A DNA stretch of 63,316 nucleotides, counting the filler, from Licmophora abbreviata (Eukaryota), in the NCBI GenBank assembly GCA_900291995.1. It is 10 parts of 10 records of this genome, joined end to end, with 100 filler letters (N's around TTAATTAATTAA, not from the genome) between each part and the next. Parts side by side here need not be neighbours in the genome. Positions count along the whole stretch, not along the records: positions 15,589 to 23,588 come from OLMU01004857.1; positions 23,689 to 36,818 come from OLMU01004860.1; 8 more parts are not named here. One strand, given 5' to 3'. The notes below the pieces were generated by a model. The model worked only from the letters and a program-made list of their open reading frames with translations. It did no database searches and was not told where the DNA came from. Positions 19,948 through 30,694 of this stretch are shown here, piece after piece. Numbering within the stretch: the stretch's first letter is position 1; every line of letters begins with the position of its first letter. Both the position numbers and the translations under genes were made by a program.

Positions 19948-20694
19948 ATGATCGTACGTTGGATCCTTTTCATGGTCCGCCACCTGACAGTTCGGGACAT
20001 TCTGCTCCCCTACGTTCACGGGAAAGTCCTAGATGTCGGTTGCGGACGCGGTGAAGTAGGAAAACTGCTCAGTCATCAAACGAGCCGGATCGAATCGCTG
20101 GTAGGAATCGACCCGTACTTGCCGGAAAAACCGAAAATTCCCGTTGAGACCTTTGATGGACGCCATATTCCTTTCGAGGATAAGCACTTTGATTCTGTCA
20201 TTAGCAGTTTTATCCTGCACCATGCCGATGATCAGGGCGCTCTTCTGAGAGAAATGAAGAGGGTCGGGGAACGTGTCGTGGTCTTGGAGGATGCGGTGGA
20301 CACGCCGAAAGCGCGATCCTCTGTCCTCGGTTTGCACGATGCAATGAAGCGGAACGGTATGGACTATGACCCCGATGGCTTTCATACGCCAGAGGAGTGG
20401 AGCCGCATATTCGCGGAGCATGGCTTTCGTGTGGATCTTCAGGAGCGGCTGCCAAGCACCATGCCCTTCTTCAATAATCTCAATCACCATCTCTTTGTCC
20501 TCTCGGATCTAGACGCTCCCGCGAATTCGTACGAGGCGTTGGATATCGGCAGTGTATACTATCGAATTCAGCTTGTCCACATGGTGTTTGCCGTCCTCCT
20601 GCTTGCATTCTTGGTTTTCGTTGCCCGCATGTTGCGAAAGAAAGTAAGCGGTACTGCATCTGGGACGAAGAAGAAGAAGAAGAAGGTCAATTGA
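19948..20694 (+). CDS. Class I SAM-dependent methyltransferase, tandem paralog, C-terminal TM and KKVN tail
   Basis: VLDVGCGRG, IPFEDKHFD, FILHHADD. Clearly paralogous to the upstream gene. Ends KKKKKKVN. Confidence 0.88.
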   Translation: MIVRWILFMVRHLTVRDILLPYVHGKVLDVGCGRGEVGKLLSHQTSRIESLVGIDPYLPEKPKIPVETFDGRHIPFEDKHFDSVISSFILHHADDQGALLREMKRVGERVVVLEDAVDTPKARSSVLGLHDAMKRNGMDYDPDGFHTPEEWSRIFAEHGFRVDLQERLPSTMPFFNNLNHHLFVLSDLDAPANSYEALDIGSVYYRIQLVHMVFAVLLLAFLVFVARMLRKKVSGTASGTKKKKKKVN

Positions 20695-20886
20695 CGTGGT
20701 ATTACAGCACGATGTGCTCTGCCTTTGGAACTCAATAATTCACTTTGGTCGAATGATAGAACGATAGAATTATAATCGTTGTGATCAAGTCGCAGTGGGC
20801 GCAACGTCCTTGTACCGCTGCGGATAAGCCAAAGAGTGCCCGCCCTCTGTTTTTCGACTCGTAGACAATAGACTGATGAATGCATC

Positions 20887-22372
20887 TTACAATTCTATGA
20901 ACGACGTACATCCTTTGTGATAGGGTCCTTTGTAGTCTCTTTGATGTATCCCTGAGAGGCAACGTTCTGATTAGTGGCTGGTCGGAAACGAGTGAGACAC
21001 ACCGAATCCATAGCTTAGAGTACTCACATGCATTTGCTCCGTACTTGACTCCCTTGGTCACCGGCAGAGCTTGATGTTCGGTTCTTGCGTCTATCTCATT
21101 TGGATGCTCATCCAGCACACTAGGCCATATCAGAGCTCGCCCTCTCCTTGGAAGCACGGTAATGTTCAGTCGAGGAAAGTTCGTTCCTCCGCCTTCCTCC
21201 ACGTCGCTGAGATAGATGAACACAGTTAAAATACGCACACCTTGAGCTCTCTCCTTTTGGATCGCCCCGTAGTCGTGATGAATCTGAAGAAGTCAACGGG
21301 AGGAATAGTGAGCACCGTCTTGCAACACAACACAACGACACCGCCGCTGGCGGCCACAACTCACATGGTAGAATTGGCCAACATTGTATTTGAGCAGCTG
21401 CCAGTATTCACTGTTTGTTTCGGGAATCTTGGTGATGCCAGTGACTCGCTCGAGAACTCGTTGCGTCACAGTGTCTCTAAAACAACTATTTTCACACCAT
21501 GCATTCGAACTTGTACGACCAGAATGGTAGTAGCTGCCAAACGTCCCATCTTCCTTCAGAGCTCCCGCGTCGGCACTCGGGCGATATCCCTCTGCGGCTC
21601 CTAGCTCTATCATTCGCTCGGCTTCTTCAGCATTCAGGATATTGTCCAGCACTACGATCCATGGCCCCAGCTGATAGCTGGCGGTCTCGTTCGTGTCGCC
21701 CGGCAGGTACTCGGGTCGCGACAAGATTTGAGGGTCGTACCGCCGGTTGTCGGGGAGAGTCGTCAGATTTGTAAAAAATCGATTCACATCACCTGGCTCC
21801 CAGACGCTTGGCATCGTATCGGGGTCGTAAGGGCACAGCGTTTCGACCGAGAGATACTCGCAGGAGTGACATAGCGGCGCGCACTTGCGGCGAGTCCAGT
21901 TGGGATTGCTGTCGCATACGCCCGAGAGCGCATAGTATGCACAGAGTTCGGAGTAGTTTCGGCATTTTGGTAAGAGAAGCTCCAACTTTGGATCGCCTTT
22001 AATCTCGGAAGTCAGATACTCTCGAGCCTCTTGTAGTTTGGACTCGGCTTGACTTTGCAGCTTGGCGCTTATGAGTTGAGGTACGCCGAGGGTGCTCTCC
22101 GTGTCGAGCAAGGTACAGAAATCACAGCTCTTTCGACAGTGGTCAGCCATGTACGCAGCATTCTTGTTGCAGGCACCGTTCAGAGCCCATCGATGGCAGC
22201 GCGAGTCTTGGTCCAGGCAGGGCGGGGCTCCGGCGTTGGCGGTGCATGATGTGCCGTCTGTTAAAGAACACGTCTGAATATCTCTGGCGAGCGCTGTCTT
22301 GCTACCATGCCGGTAAACGCCAGTGAACACACATAAGAGTAACACGGATTTACGCAAGGGAGACGTGCCCAT
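20887..22372 (-). CDS. ShK-domain prolyl 4-hydroxylase alpha-like 2OG-Fe(II) dioxygenase (exons 22372-21365, 21283-21028, 20951-20887)
   Basis: Signal peptide and two ShK-like Cys domains, then RTSSNAWC. Splicing restores FYHIHHDY...RILTVFIYLSDVEEGGGT...HQALPV.KGVKYGANAWIH. Confidence 0.92.
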
Positions 22373-22664
22373 GGTATAGCTCGCTGAATGGGGCACCTAT
22401 GCTGATGAAGTTGGCTGGATGACTGAAGGTCTACCGCCGCGGTCATCGTCTGTGCCATGTTGAATGTCGAGCATCATGTCTCGGCGGGACGGAAAACTTC
22501 TACTTCATATACTCGTATTCACACATGAATATATGTTTGATGAATCGTTCCACGATCCGCGCACAATCCTCTCCTCTCACAAACTTGCACTCCGAATGTT
22601 CCGGCGGGACCCATTCTGACATCAAACGAGATGTGCTCATGGAGAAGGATAACACCCGAACACC

Positions 22665-23588
22665 ATGAGCTTCTTATCGCTTGAAGAGCTCATACAGCAG
22701 GAGCGATGGGAGGAGGCTGAGAGCAAGTTGAACAAGCTGCCATGGACGCGACGCTCGAACGAAATCTATGCTGGATTCAAACATGCGTGTCGTATTCATT
22801 CCAGAGTTCCGTGTTTGTTCTTTCGAGAACTGGTGATGATGCTCAGCGATCTTTCTTGCTTACAGGCTAGTGGATTGACCAGTGTCCCAGTGGTAGCGCT
22901 CAAAGATACGCTGAAGTGCGTGTACAACGACGGACCGTCCACCACATCCGGCCTTCGTCCCCTATTTAGTTTCTGTGTTCAAGAAATGTGGAACGCCTAC
23001 TTCTCAAGTCGTGGTGCAAAAGATATGTTCGCTGAGCTTATGAACGTGTCATCACTAGAAGATCTCGACGCATTTCCTGATTTAAAAAGCACCTGGCAAA
23101 AGACAGAAGTGTATCTTGCCGTCATGGTGGGCCGTGACTTGGACAACGATCCATCTGCCGAACGCGGGTGGCTGGTTGTGCATGCTATTGCTCAGAGCCG
23201 TAAGATTCCGGGTTTCCTCATATGTCTTGCTCTCACGATGTATCCTGAGCAGATTCGAACAAGGAATGGCCGGGGGCGACTTCCACTTCATTACGCGGCG
23301 GAGGAGGGCCATGCACCTTGGATGCATCATGGTGTGCCATTTACAGGGGTTCTGCAAGAAGCCAATGAGCACATGACACCATACATCATACGTCGCTTCC
23401 CTGAAGGCTCTCGATTTGCTGATAATGACGGGAGGCTTCCTCTGAGCCTGGCTCTGGAGGGCAACTGCGATTCCTCTGAGTCTTCCGTCATTATTGATCT
23501 GCTTGTGAATGCAGCACCCGACGCACTTGTTGCACGAGATCCCAAGACCCATTTTTGGCCTTTCCAGCTCGCGGTGTCGTCAGGACAA
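22665..23588 (+). CDS. Ankyrin-like 'GRLPLHYAA' family protein, divergent fourth member (3' end in gap)
   Basis: WQKTE, WLVVHA, YPEQIRTRNGRGRLPLHYAA, GRLPLSLAL and THFWPFQLA match the 3.6-8.5 kb array. Confidence 0.82.
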
Positions 23589-23688
23589 NNNNNNNNNNNN
23601 NNNNNNNNNNNNNNNNNNNNNNNNNNNNNNNNTTAATTAATTAANNNNNNNNNNNNNNNNNNNNNNNNNNNNNNNNNNNNNNNNNNNN

Positions 23689-24050
23689 ACCGTGCCTTCT
23701 GTCATGCCTAGCACTTCGCCAAGTGAGACTCCCACCGTGACCAAGTCGGCTACCCCAAGCACCGTTCCTTCTGTCATGCCCAGCTTGCTGCCAAGTGAGA
23801 CCCCCACCGTCACCAGGTCTTCTGTTCCGAGCGTTATGCCTTCCGTCGTGCCCAGCTTGCTGCCAAGTGAGACCCCCACCGTCACCAAGTCCACTGTTCC
23901 GAGCTCCATGCCTTCCTTGACGCCCAGCTCGTCGCCAAGTGCGAGTCCCACGGTCACAGAGTCGTCTGCTCCAAGCGTCTTACCTTCCGTGGTGCCCAGC
24001 GCATTGCCAAGTGAGACTCCGACCATCACCGAGTCGATGGCGCCAAGTGT
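23689..24050 (+). repeat. Coding tandem repeat, 72-bp (24-aa) unit, about 5 copies visible
   Basis: Units start at 23689, 23761, 23833 and onward, encoding variants of PSVMPSLLPSETPTVTKS. The array continues into the gap. Confidence 0.9.
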
Positions 24051-25197
24051 TGCCCCGTCGATCACCCCATCAAATCATCCTTCACCTGCGCCGACTCCTG
24101 AACCAACGCCAGCTCCAACTCCAGAGCTGATTACAGCTGACGAGGTGGAAGTGGACGTAGGGTCCGAATACTTCGACGTATCACACATAATCGACGACAG
24201 TGGACTTAGCCAAAGCAGGCCCAGTCTCAACACCTACGTGACAGTAACACACGCCCTAGTTACTTCTTCGAACTCTTGGGTAACCGTTACAGCAGGCCAA
24301 GGGTATTCTGAGGATGGTCCTAATGACTATTTTCGGTCATATCCAGATCCTCAACTCACCTTTACGTTGGGAGAGACATTCGATTTGACCGATTTAGTCA
24401 CATGGACATATACCTTTTCGGGTGGGCTGGGACGAGGGAACTCTGCTCGTCGAATCGCCGTCTCGTTCTCAACGAATGGCCCAGCCGGTCCTTTTGAGAA
24501 TGAGGTAACTGTCGAGCTGCCCAAATCCTATAGCATGGCGCACACAATTTCATTGGGGGGCGTCTTTTCAGCAAACTCTGTCAGATTTGTTTGCGAGTCG
24601 AATTGGATTTCCGCAGGGTCGGGGGGCGACCGCGTCGGTATTAGCGAAGTGAAGTTTATTGGGTCGAGGTCTGTTCCAATCAGTATCGATACGGCTTCTC
24701 CAAAGGCAATATCTGGGCCCACACCGGGCCCTTCACCAGCTCCTACTCCAGGCCAAACGCCAAACCCAACACCAAACCCCACACCGAAACCTACACCGAA
24801 CCCAGTTCCACTTCCCTCCAATTATATCGCTGGTTTCATACTGGTCAACGCTGATACATCCCAAGACATCAGACAGCTCGAGGATGGAGATGTGCTTATC
24901 CTTGACGAGCTTCCAAGAATAAACATTCGAGCCGAAACTGTCGGTTCCGCCGTCGAAAGTGTTGAGTTCCTTATCGACAATCAGGAAGTGATCATAGAGA
25001 ATAGAGCTCCGTGGGCGTTGGGGTCCAACGAAGACAACTGGGTCGACTATAGAGAATGGCAACCGCCCAAGTACGGTCCTCAGACACTGAAGGCGTATGC
25101 ATTTGCTCGAAATTATGCCGAGGGAACCCTTTTGCACAGTCTCGAGTTGCCCTTTTCAGTTTGGCGGTCAGCTGATGACGTGCCAACAAGGCCCTAG
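23689..25197 (+). CDS. Pro/Ser/Thr-rich mucin-like extracellular protein with two globular beta-rich domains (5' end in gap)
   Basis: PS/PT repeats, a discoidin-like beta-sandwich ending RVGISEVKF, a PTPN linker, and a C-terminal GFILVNADT..DI...INIRA...SVEF domain. Confidence 0.75.
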   Translation, partial: TVPSVMPSTSPSETPTVTKSATPSTVPSVMPSLLPSETPTVTRSSVPSVMPSVVPSLLPSETPTVTKSTVPSSMPSLTPSSSPSASPTVTESSAPSVLPSVVPSALPSETPTITESMAPSVAPSITPSNHPSPAPTPEPTPAPTPELITADEVEVDVGSEYFDVSHIIDDSGLSQSRPSLNTYVTVTHALVTSSNSWVTVTAGQGYSEDGPNDYFRSYPDPQLTFTLGETFDLTDLVTWTYTFSGGLGRGNSARRIAVSFSTNGPAGPFENEVTVELPKSYSMAHTISLGGVFSANSVRFVCESNWISAGSGGDRVGISEVKFIGSRSVPISIDTASPKAISGPTPGPSPAPTPGQTPNPTPNPTPKPTPNPVPLPSNYIAGFILVNADTSQDIRQLEDGDVLILDELPRINIRAETVGSAVESVEFLIDNQEVIIENRAPWALGSNEDNWVDYREWQPPKYGPQTLKAYAFARNYAEGTLLHSLELPFSVWRSADDVPTRP

Positions 25198-26183
25198 CCA
25201 ACCCTTCAGTCGAACGCAATACTGGCCCTCTCAACCATCGATAGCGATTACCTTATCGCTACAGTATTGAGGGATTCCCATTGTACAAGGTTCTCGTTGT
25301 GGGACCAACTAAGTCGCAATGTGTTTCAAATTTTATTCCGGTGATCGGATTGTCATAAATATCATAGTCTATTCCCAATCAGCTTCCTCAATCGTATTTT
25401 CGCTCCTATTTCTACCAATGTACTGAAAATTATGGATCCGCACCCGGAGATCACACTAACTGTCTTTCAAGGAAGAAAACGTATGCAATACAGCCAGTTC
25501 GCTCTAGAATTAGATGTTCGGAGAAATTGGTTCGGTACCAATAGGAAGTCGTTAAATTTCGAATTGTCAATCGAGCCAACCTTATGGTGTGTGAACTCTC
25601 GCAGTCGACTCGCACCGCCTTTTAGGAGCTACAAGACGAAAATCATGGCTAGTCTTGAAGATCTCTAGAGAGGGAATGCGCTTGAAAGCGCGAGAGAGAC
25701 GAGCGACAATCGCCGCATAGCCGCAACTGCACCATGGTCGGCATCAAGAAAGCTGCGAGACTAATGCTAGGTTATTGGTACGAAGCTATGCTCGCTCGTC
25801 TTCTCTAGCTAGAGCAGGAGCACATGAATGTGCTCCTGAGCTAGAGAGTAGAGCTCCACGAGCTCGTGGGGCATACGAAATCTTGACATCATCAAACAGC
25901 GTCTGACAACTTGTGTGTCACGTAGCCTTCTACGTATTCGGCAGTACTTCTCATTCGTGTGTGTGCATTTTCGTGGCTGTGGCTGCTTGGTGTTCGCTTA
26001 GCCTTGCAGAGCTGACACTTGTCTAAAGGTTTACTTATCATCGTGACGCATTTGATATTCTCCGAAGCTCACAAATTGAAGGGATGGGATTGGAATCTTG
26101 CACACAATCGCTTTCTCTTTGCGATCCTTCTAGTAGCAACCTAAGATCACTTCTCTCCTTGATTCTTGCTCTCCTATCCACAA

Positions 26184-27064
26184 ATGACTGTCAAAGTAAC
26201 AAAACCAGATAGCAAGAGTGCTGGTGAGTGAGCCCGGCTTCATTGAGAAATTGTCGGACGTTCTGTGCTCTTCATGATCGACCTCGTGTCGAACTGATAT
26301 GATACCATAGATTCACAATGTGCGTGTCGCCCGCTGCGCTCCGCTGACATGTTCAATGTGCTGTCTGTCTCTATGTCCTCTTGGTTCCCTCTTCTCCAGA
26401 CAAGATCCCGGCTTCGTCCAAAGCGACCACGGCCAAACCCGTCACGCCCAGGTCAGCGGAAGAGGAACTGATTGCTCTTCGGGCTCACAACAAGATTCTC
26501 GTCGACGCCCTCAAGGCCGTCAATGATGTAGCTACGGACCACGTCCAGAAGAACTTTGATCTTGTCTGGTTTGCTAGAAATAGGAGTACGTTGCTGTGGG
26601 GCTGCTGGAAACATCGTGTTGTGATAAGTGGCAAGAAGGATGACTGCCTTGCCACTGCTTGTCATGATCAGTCGTGTTCGCAGTTCGACAAGAGTTCTCA
26701 CAAACCCGCTCTCCTTTTTTTCTCATTCTCCTCTTACAACAATTTAGATCGCTACCCCAACCACGAAGCCTGTAAGCGCATTGAATCTTCGGAAGAGCAC
26801 AAGGAAGAGTTGTCGAAACTCCGAAGTGTTGACGCTGACTACCATCACGGATTCCATTCAGGCGTCCTCGCCGCCTCCCGCATGTTTCGCGAACACTCCG
26901 GCATTGTTCACATTAACGAGCACGACGAACTGGACGAAGAGTTTTGGACCAAGGTGGAAGGTCATTATAAGAAAATGGAGAAGAGTCAGGAGAAATTTCC
27001 CCATCTGGACGTGAGCAAGTTTCCGGCTCCCGAGTTGGTCGATACTACTTGTAAGGAAAAGTGA
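26184..27064 (+). CDS. Hypothetical protein, 3 exons
   Basis: ATG 26184, GT-AG introns at about 26224-26399 and 26586-26747. The spliced product contains NFDLVWFARNR and DYHHGFHSGVLAASRMF. Confidence 0.65.
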
Positions 27065-27510
27065 GTGATCATGATGAAGAGGTACAAGATGCCGATATAG
27101 GATACAATACCGACGGCTTGAGAGAAAAAACTAGGAGCGTGAATATCCATGTTGCATGGTTTGAGCTAGAAAAAGGTCTACCTCGGAGATACGGTACTAG
27201 CTTTCAGAAGAGTGGTAGCTAGTACGACTGGTCTAGCCAATGATTCATTCGTTGACTGACTCGCATCGAGTCCTCTCGCTTCGTGATAGTGCGGGCTACG
27301 GTCAACTTGAGGAGTTTTGGAATGAAACCCACAGCCATCTGAGCGGCTGGCTGTCCAACAGAATGTATGTATCATAGTGCATAGTTGTCCTTGAGCATCG
27401 GGGCCCGACTGACTCCAAGCGAACAGCTTTCGGCTGGTGTGTGTCCGTCGCCGGTCAAGAAGTAGACTACTTCGACTAACTGACTGACCAAAAGTTCGTG
27501 GTTTGGAACG

Positions 27511-30435
27511 ATGCCACTGCGGCTCATCATTAGTCGTCGTTGCTGTCGTTTGCTTTGCTCCCCGTCTCACCAAAGATTACCACGGTATCCTCTGCTTCTC
27601 TCTGATCCAAGCATGCCCGTATTGGTTGGAAAGGACCGCCGGGTCACATTGGCAGAGCTCCAGGCCGTCGCTCGAGGCGACGGCATCTTGGAGCTCCACG
27701 CTCCTTCCGAAGAGGAACTGCCGCCGAAATTGACCTTGGAAGACCTGTCTGCTTCGCTTTTGGCGTCGTTGTCTATGACAGACGGAGATAACATGTCTCC
27801 ACCGGATACGCTAGCCTCTTTGACTCTCCTGGCGCTGGCGGTGCCTCGTCTGGTGTCCAAGCACAGCGATCAGGTGGTCTTGACTTCTGCCCTGGTGGAC
27901 TTGGTGAACTTTCTGAAGTCATCCAAGACTCCTCTGGCTTTGCCAAAGACTTCCGTCCTCTCTTCCTTGAAGGAAATTCTTCCCGACAGCGCCTCCTTGG
28001 TGCTGGAATCATCATCACTCGTCTCTTCTTCTTCTTCTTCTTCGCTGCTCTGGTTGGCGTCTGGCTGTTTGGCTGCCGTCCGCGGCTACACATTGGCACG
28101 TGCCGCCACCCCCATTGCCGCCCTGTCCGCCGAGTCCAGCCATGCCAATCTCTCTGCCTACGCCGAGCAGAACTTTGACATTCGACGACCTCATCGTGGA
28201 CTCATCACGACCGCGGCGGCCTTGCGAGCCATCCTCACGAGCTCCAAGCATGTCACGCCGCAAGACGACAACAACAACACCACGGCTGCGGAGCGGATTC
28301 CGCAACTGCACGGGCCTGCTATAGAGCACCTGCAGTCGTCGATGAAAACGCTTGAACTGGAGTTCAACTGTGCCTTTGACTTGACCGACGATCATCCACA
28401 GACGAATGCAGTGGCGTCCTTGGCCTTGCGACAAGCGCTCGAGGCGGTCACGACCTTGTATCGAGCCTCTCGGGCGCGACAAGGTGTGCCTGATGACACA
28501 ACAGCGATCCACAGTGCCTCCTCGTCGGATTTGGTGACGGAACTTCAGTTGGCCGTGTCAATTTTGGAAGAATCGCTCGTGGCAGAAGCAACGTCAGGCT
28601 GTACCTTTGTGAAGGACGAAACGGCCAATGCCGTGAGGGAGGCGAAACTGAAGGAACAGGCCAAGGACGCTGCGCGTGCCGCAGGGCCCGGTAACAGTGC
28701 TCCTGCAGGCAAGAAGGATGAATTCGAAGGCATGACGGAAGCTCAAAAGGCCAAGATCTTGAAAAAGCGTGCCGAAAAGGAGGCCAAAGCGGCGGCCAAG
28801 CGAGCTGCCAAAAAAGACAAGGTGGTCTCGTTGTTTGGCGCTGGGACACTGCCCATTGTTGATGTTTTGGAAAAGAGTCAGGTGGAGCTATCAGAGGCGA
28901 CCGTGCAAGAGCTGGAGACTATCGTGAACAAGCTGCTGTCGGGAGGTGTCCAGCGCAAACCCAAGATTGCCAAGGGCACGAGAGATTACTTGCCAGAGCA
29001 GATGATGATTCGCCAACAAGCATTTTCTATCATTCGACGCGTGTTTGAGTCGCACGGAGCAGTCGAGATTGATACACCGGTGTTTGAACTCAAAGATACG
29101 CTCACGGGCAAGTATGGAGAAGATTCTAAGCTCATTTATGATTTGGCCGATCAGGGTGGGGAGTTGTTGGCCCTGCGATACGATTTGACTGTGCCGTTTG
29201 CTCGGTTTCTCGCCTTGAATTCGGTCGGTAACATTAAGCGGTTTCACATTGGCAAAGTGTACAGACGAGATCAGCCGGCCTTGTCGAAAGGACGCTATCG
29301 GGAATTCTACCAATGCGATTTTGACATTGCCGGCAACTACGGTCGAATGGTGCCCGATTCAGAGAGTCTCTGTGTGGTCTGTGAGATTCTGGACGCCTTG
29401 CCGATTGGGGACTTTGCCATCAAGGTGAATCACCGCCGCTTGCTGGACGCAATTCTGGAAATATGTGGGGTCCCGTCGGACAAATTTCGGACCATCTGTT
29501 CTGCCGTGGATAAGCTTGACAAGGAACCGTGGCCTGAGGTCAAGCGGGAAATGATTGAAGAAAAGGGGCTGGATCCTGCCGTGGCCGACAAGATTGGGAC
29601 GTTTGTGCTTGACAAGGGTGAACCATGGACGATGTACAAGCAGCTCATGGACAGCAACAAGTTTGGCGTGCACGAGGGAGCTACGGAGGCCTTGGAGGAC
29701 ATGAGAATTCTCTTTGAATACCTCGAAGCTATGGACAAATTGAAATTCCTGTCGTTCGACATGAGTCTGGCTCGTGGTTTGGATTATTATACTGGTGTAA
29801 TCTACGAAGCTGTTTGCATGAGTGGCAATTCTCAAGTTGGAAGCATCGGTGGCGGAGGGCGATACGACAACCTGGTGTCGATGTTCCAGGAAGCGGGTAA
29901 GATTACACCTTGCGTCGGTGTCAGTGTTGGCATCGAGCGGGTGTTCACCCTGATGGAGTCACGGTACGTGAAAGTTTTGTTTGGATGCGTCTTGTCTTCC
30001 TGCTCGGCTCGTGTGGCTTGCTCACGCTTCACTGCTCTTATGGTTGGTCAATATAGCCTTCGCGAGGAACAAGGTGGGTCGATCAAACAACCAAATGTCG
30101 ATGTACTCGTCGCCTCGGTTGGTGAGGGCATGATGGTGGAACGCATGAAGTTGGCCAAGGTCCTATGGGACTCGAAGATCAGTGCCGAGTTCAGCCAACA
30201 GGAAAACCCAAAGCTCAAGTACGAACTCTCGAACGCGTTAGACAGAGGCATTCCCTTTATGGCGATTGTCGGCGAGGAGGAAGTCAGAGATAATACATGC
30301 AACGTAAAGGATCTGAAGGCCCGAACGGAGGAGAAAGTACCTGTAGACCAACTTGTGGCGACACTTCGTTCCAAGGGAGTGATTCCGGTCGGATGCGAGT
30401 TTGCAGCCGAGCTCTTGAACGAAGATTCGGTTTAA
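27511..30435 (+). CDS. HARS: Histidyl-tRNA synthetase with N-terminal degenerate HAL/PAL-like domain (intron 29964-30056; second ATG at 27613)
   Basis: KGTRDY, LRYDLTVPFAR, GRYREFYQCDFDIAG, LARGLDYYTG, GGGGRYD, GVSVGIER, plus an anticodon-binding domain. Confidence 0.96.
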   Translation: MPLRLIISRRCCRLLCSPSHQRLPRYPLLLSDPSMPVLVGKDRRVTLAELQAVARGDGILELHAPSEEELPPKLTLEDLSASLLASLSMTDGDNMSPPDTLASLTLLALAVPRLVSKHSDQVVLTSALVDLVNFLKSSKTPLALPKTSVLSSLKEILPDSASLVLESSSLVSSSSSSSLLWLASGCLAAVRGYTLARAATPIAALSAESSHANLSAYAEQNFDIRRPHRGLITTAAALRAILTSSKHVTPQDDNNNTTAAERIPQLHGPAIEHLQSSMKTLELEFNCAFDLTDDHPQTNAVASLALRQALEAVTTLYRASRARQGVPDDTTAIHSASSSDLVTELQLAVSILEESLVAEATSGCTFVKDETANAVREAKLKEQAKDAARAAGPGNSAPAGKKDEFEGMTEAQKAKILKKRAEKEAKAAAKRAAKKDKVVSLFGAGTLPIVDVLEKSQVELSEATVQELETIVNKLLSGGVQRKPKIAKGTRDYLPEQMMIRQQAFSIIRRVFESHGAVEIDTPVFELKDTLTGKYGEDSKLIYDLADQGGELLALRYDLTVPFARFLALNSVGNIKRFHIGKVYRRDQPALSKGRYREFYQCDFDIAGNYGRMVPDSESLCVVCEILDALPIGDFAIKVNHRRLLDAILEICGVPSDKFRTICSAVDKLDKEPWPEVKREMIEEKGLDPAVADKIGTFVLDKGEPWTMYKQLMDSNKFGVHEGATEALEDMRILFEYLEAMDKLKFLSFDMSLARGLDYYTGVIYEAVCMSGNSQVGSIGGGGRYDNLVSMFQEAGKITPCVGVSVGIERVFTLMESRYVKVLFGCVLSSCSARVACSRFTALMVGQYSLREEQGGSIKQPNVDVLVASVGEGMMVERMKLAKVLWDSKISAEFSQQENPKLKYELSNALDRGIPFMAIVGEEEVRDNTCNVKDLKARTEEKVPVDQLVATLRSKGVIPVGCEFAAELLNEDSV

Positions 30436-30694
30436 CCATATAATCTAGTGCAGAACGTACGTTTATTTGCTTGTCACTGTACTTTGTGGCTTTGATTGGA
30501 AACAGCGATCGAAGCCCAGTGCTGCGTTCAAACAGAGCCGATCTTTCGGCAGCAGTCCGCGGTTAATATTGGCATAGGTAGGCCGACACAGTGACATCTC
30601 TGCACGGCTCATTTGCGAGGCACGCAAGGAATCCACGAGCATACTGTGTTGAGAGGGACAAAGTAGAAAGACAATGTGTTCCTCTATGAATTGC

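Noticed and set aside
8792..20694. Bacterial contamination as the source of the bacterial-like block
   Set aside because: The genes share contigs with the intron-containing P4H gene and the ankyrin-like family, carry eukaryotic leaders and KKXX tails, and lack operon-like spacing.
23689..24050. Regular repeats as a possible CRISPR array (also 44197-44443)
   Set aside because: Unit lengths are multiples of three, they encode protein repeats, there are no unique spacers, and the context is eukaryotic with no cas genes.
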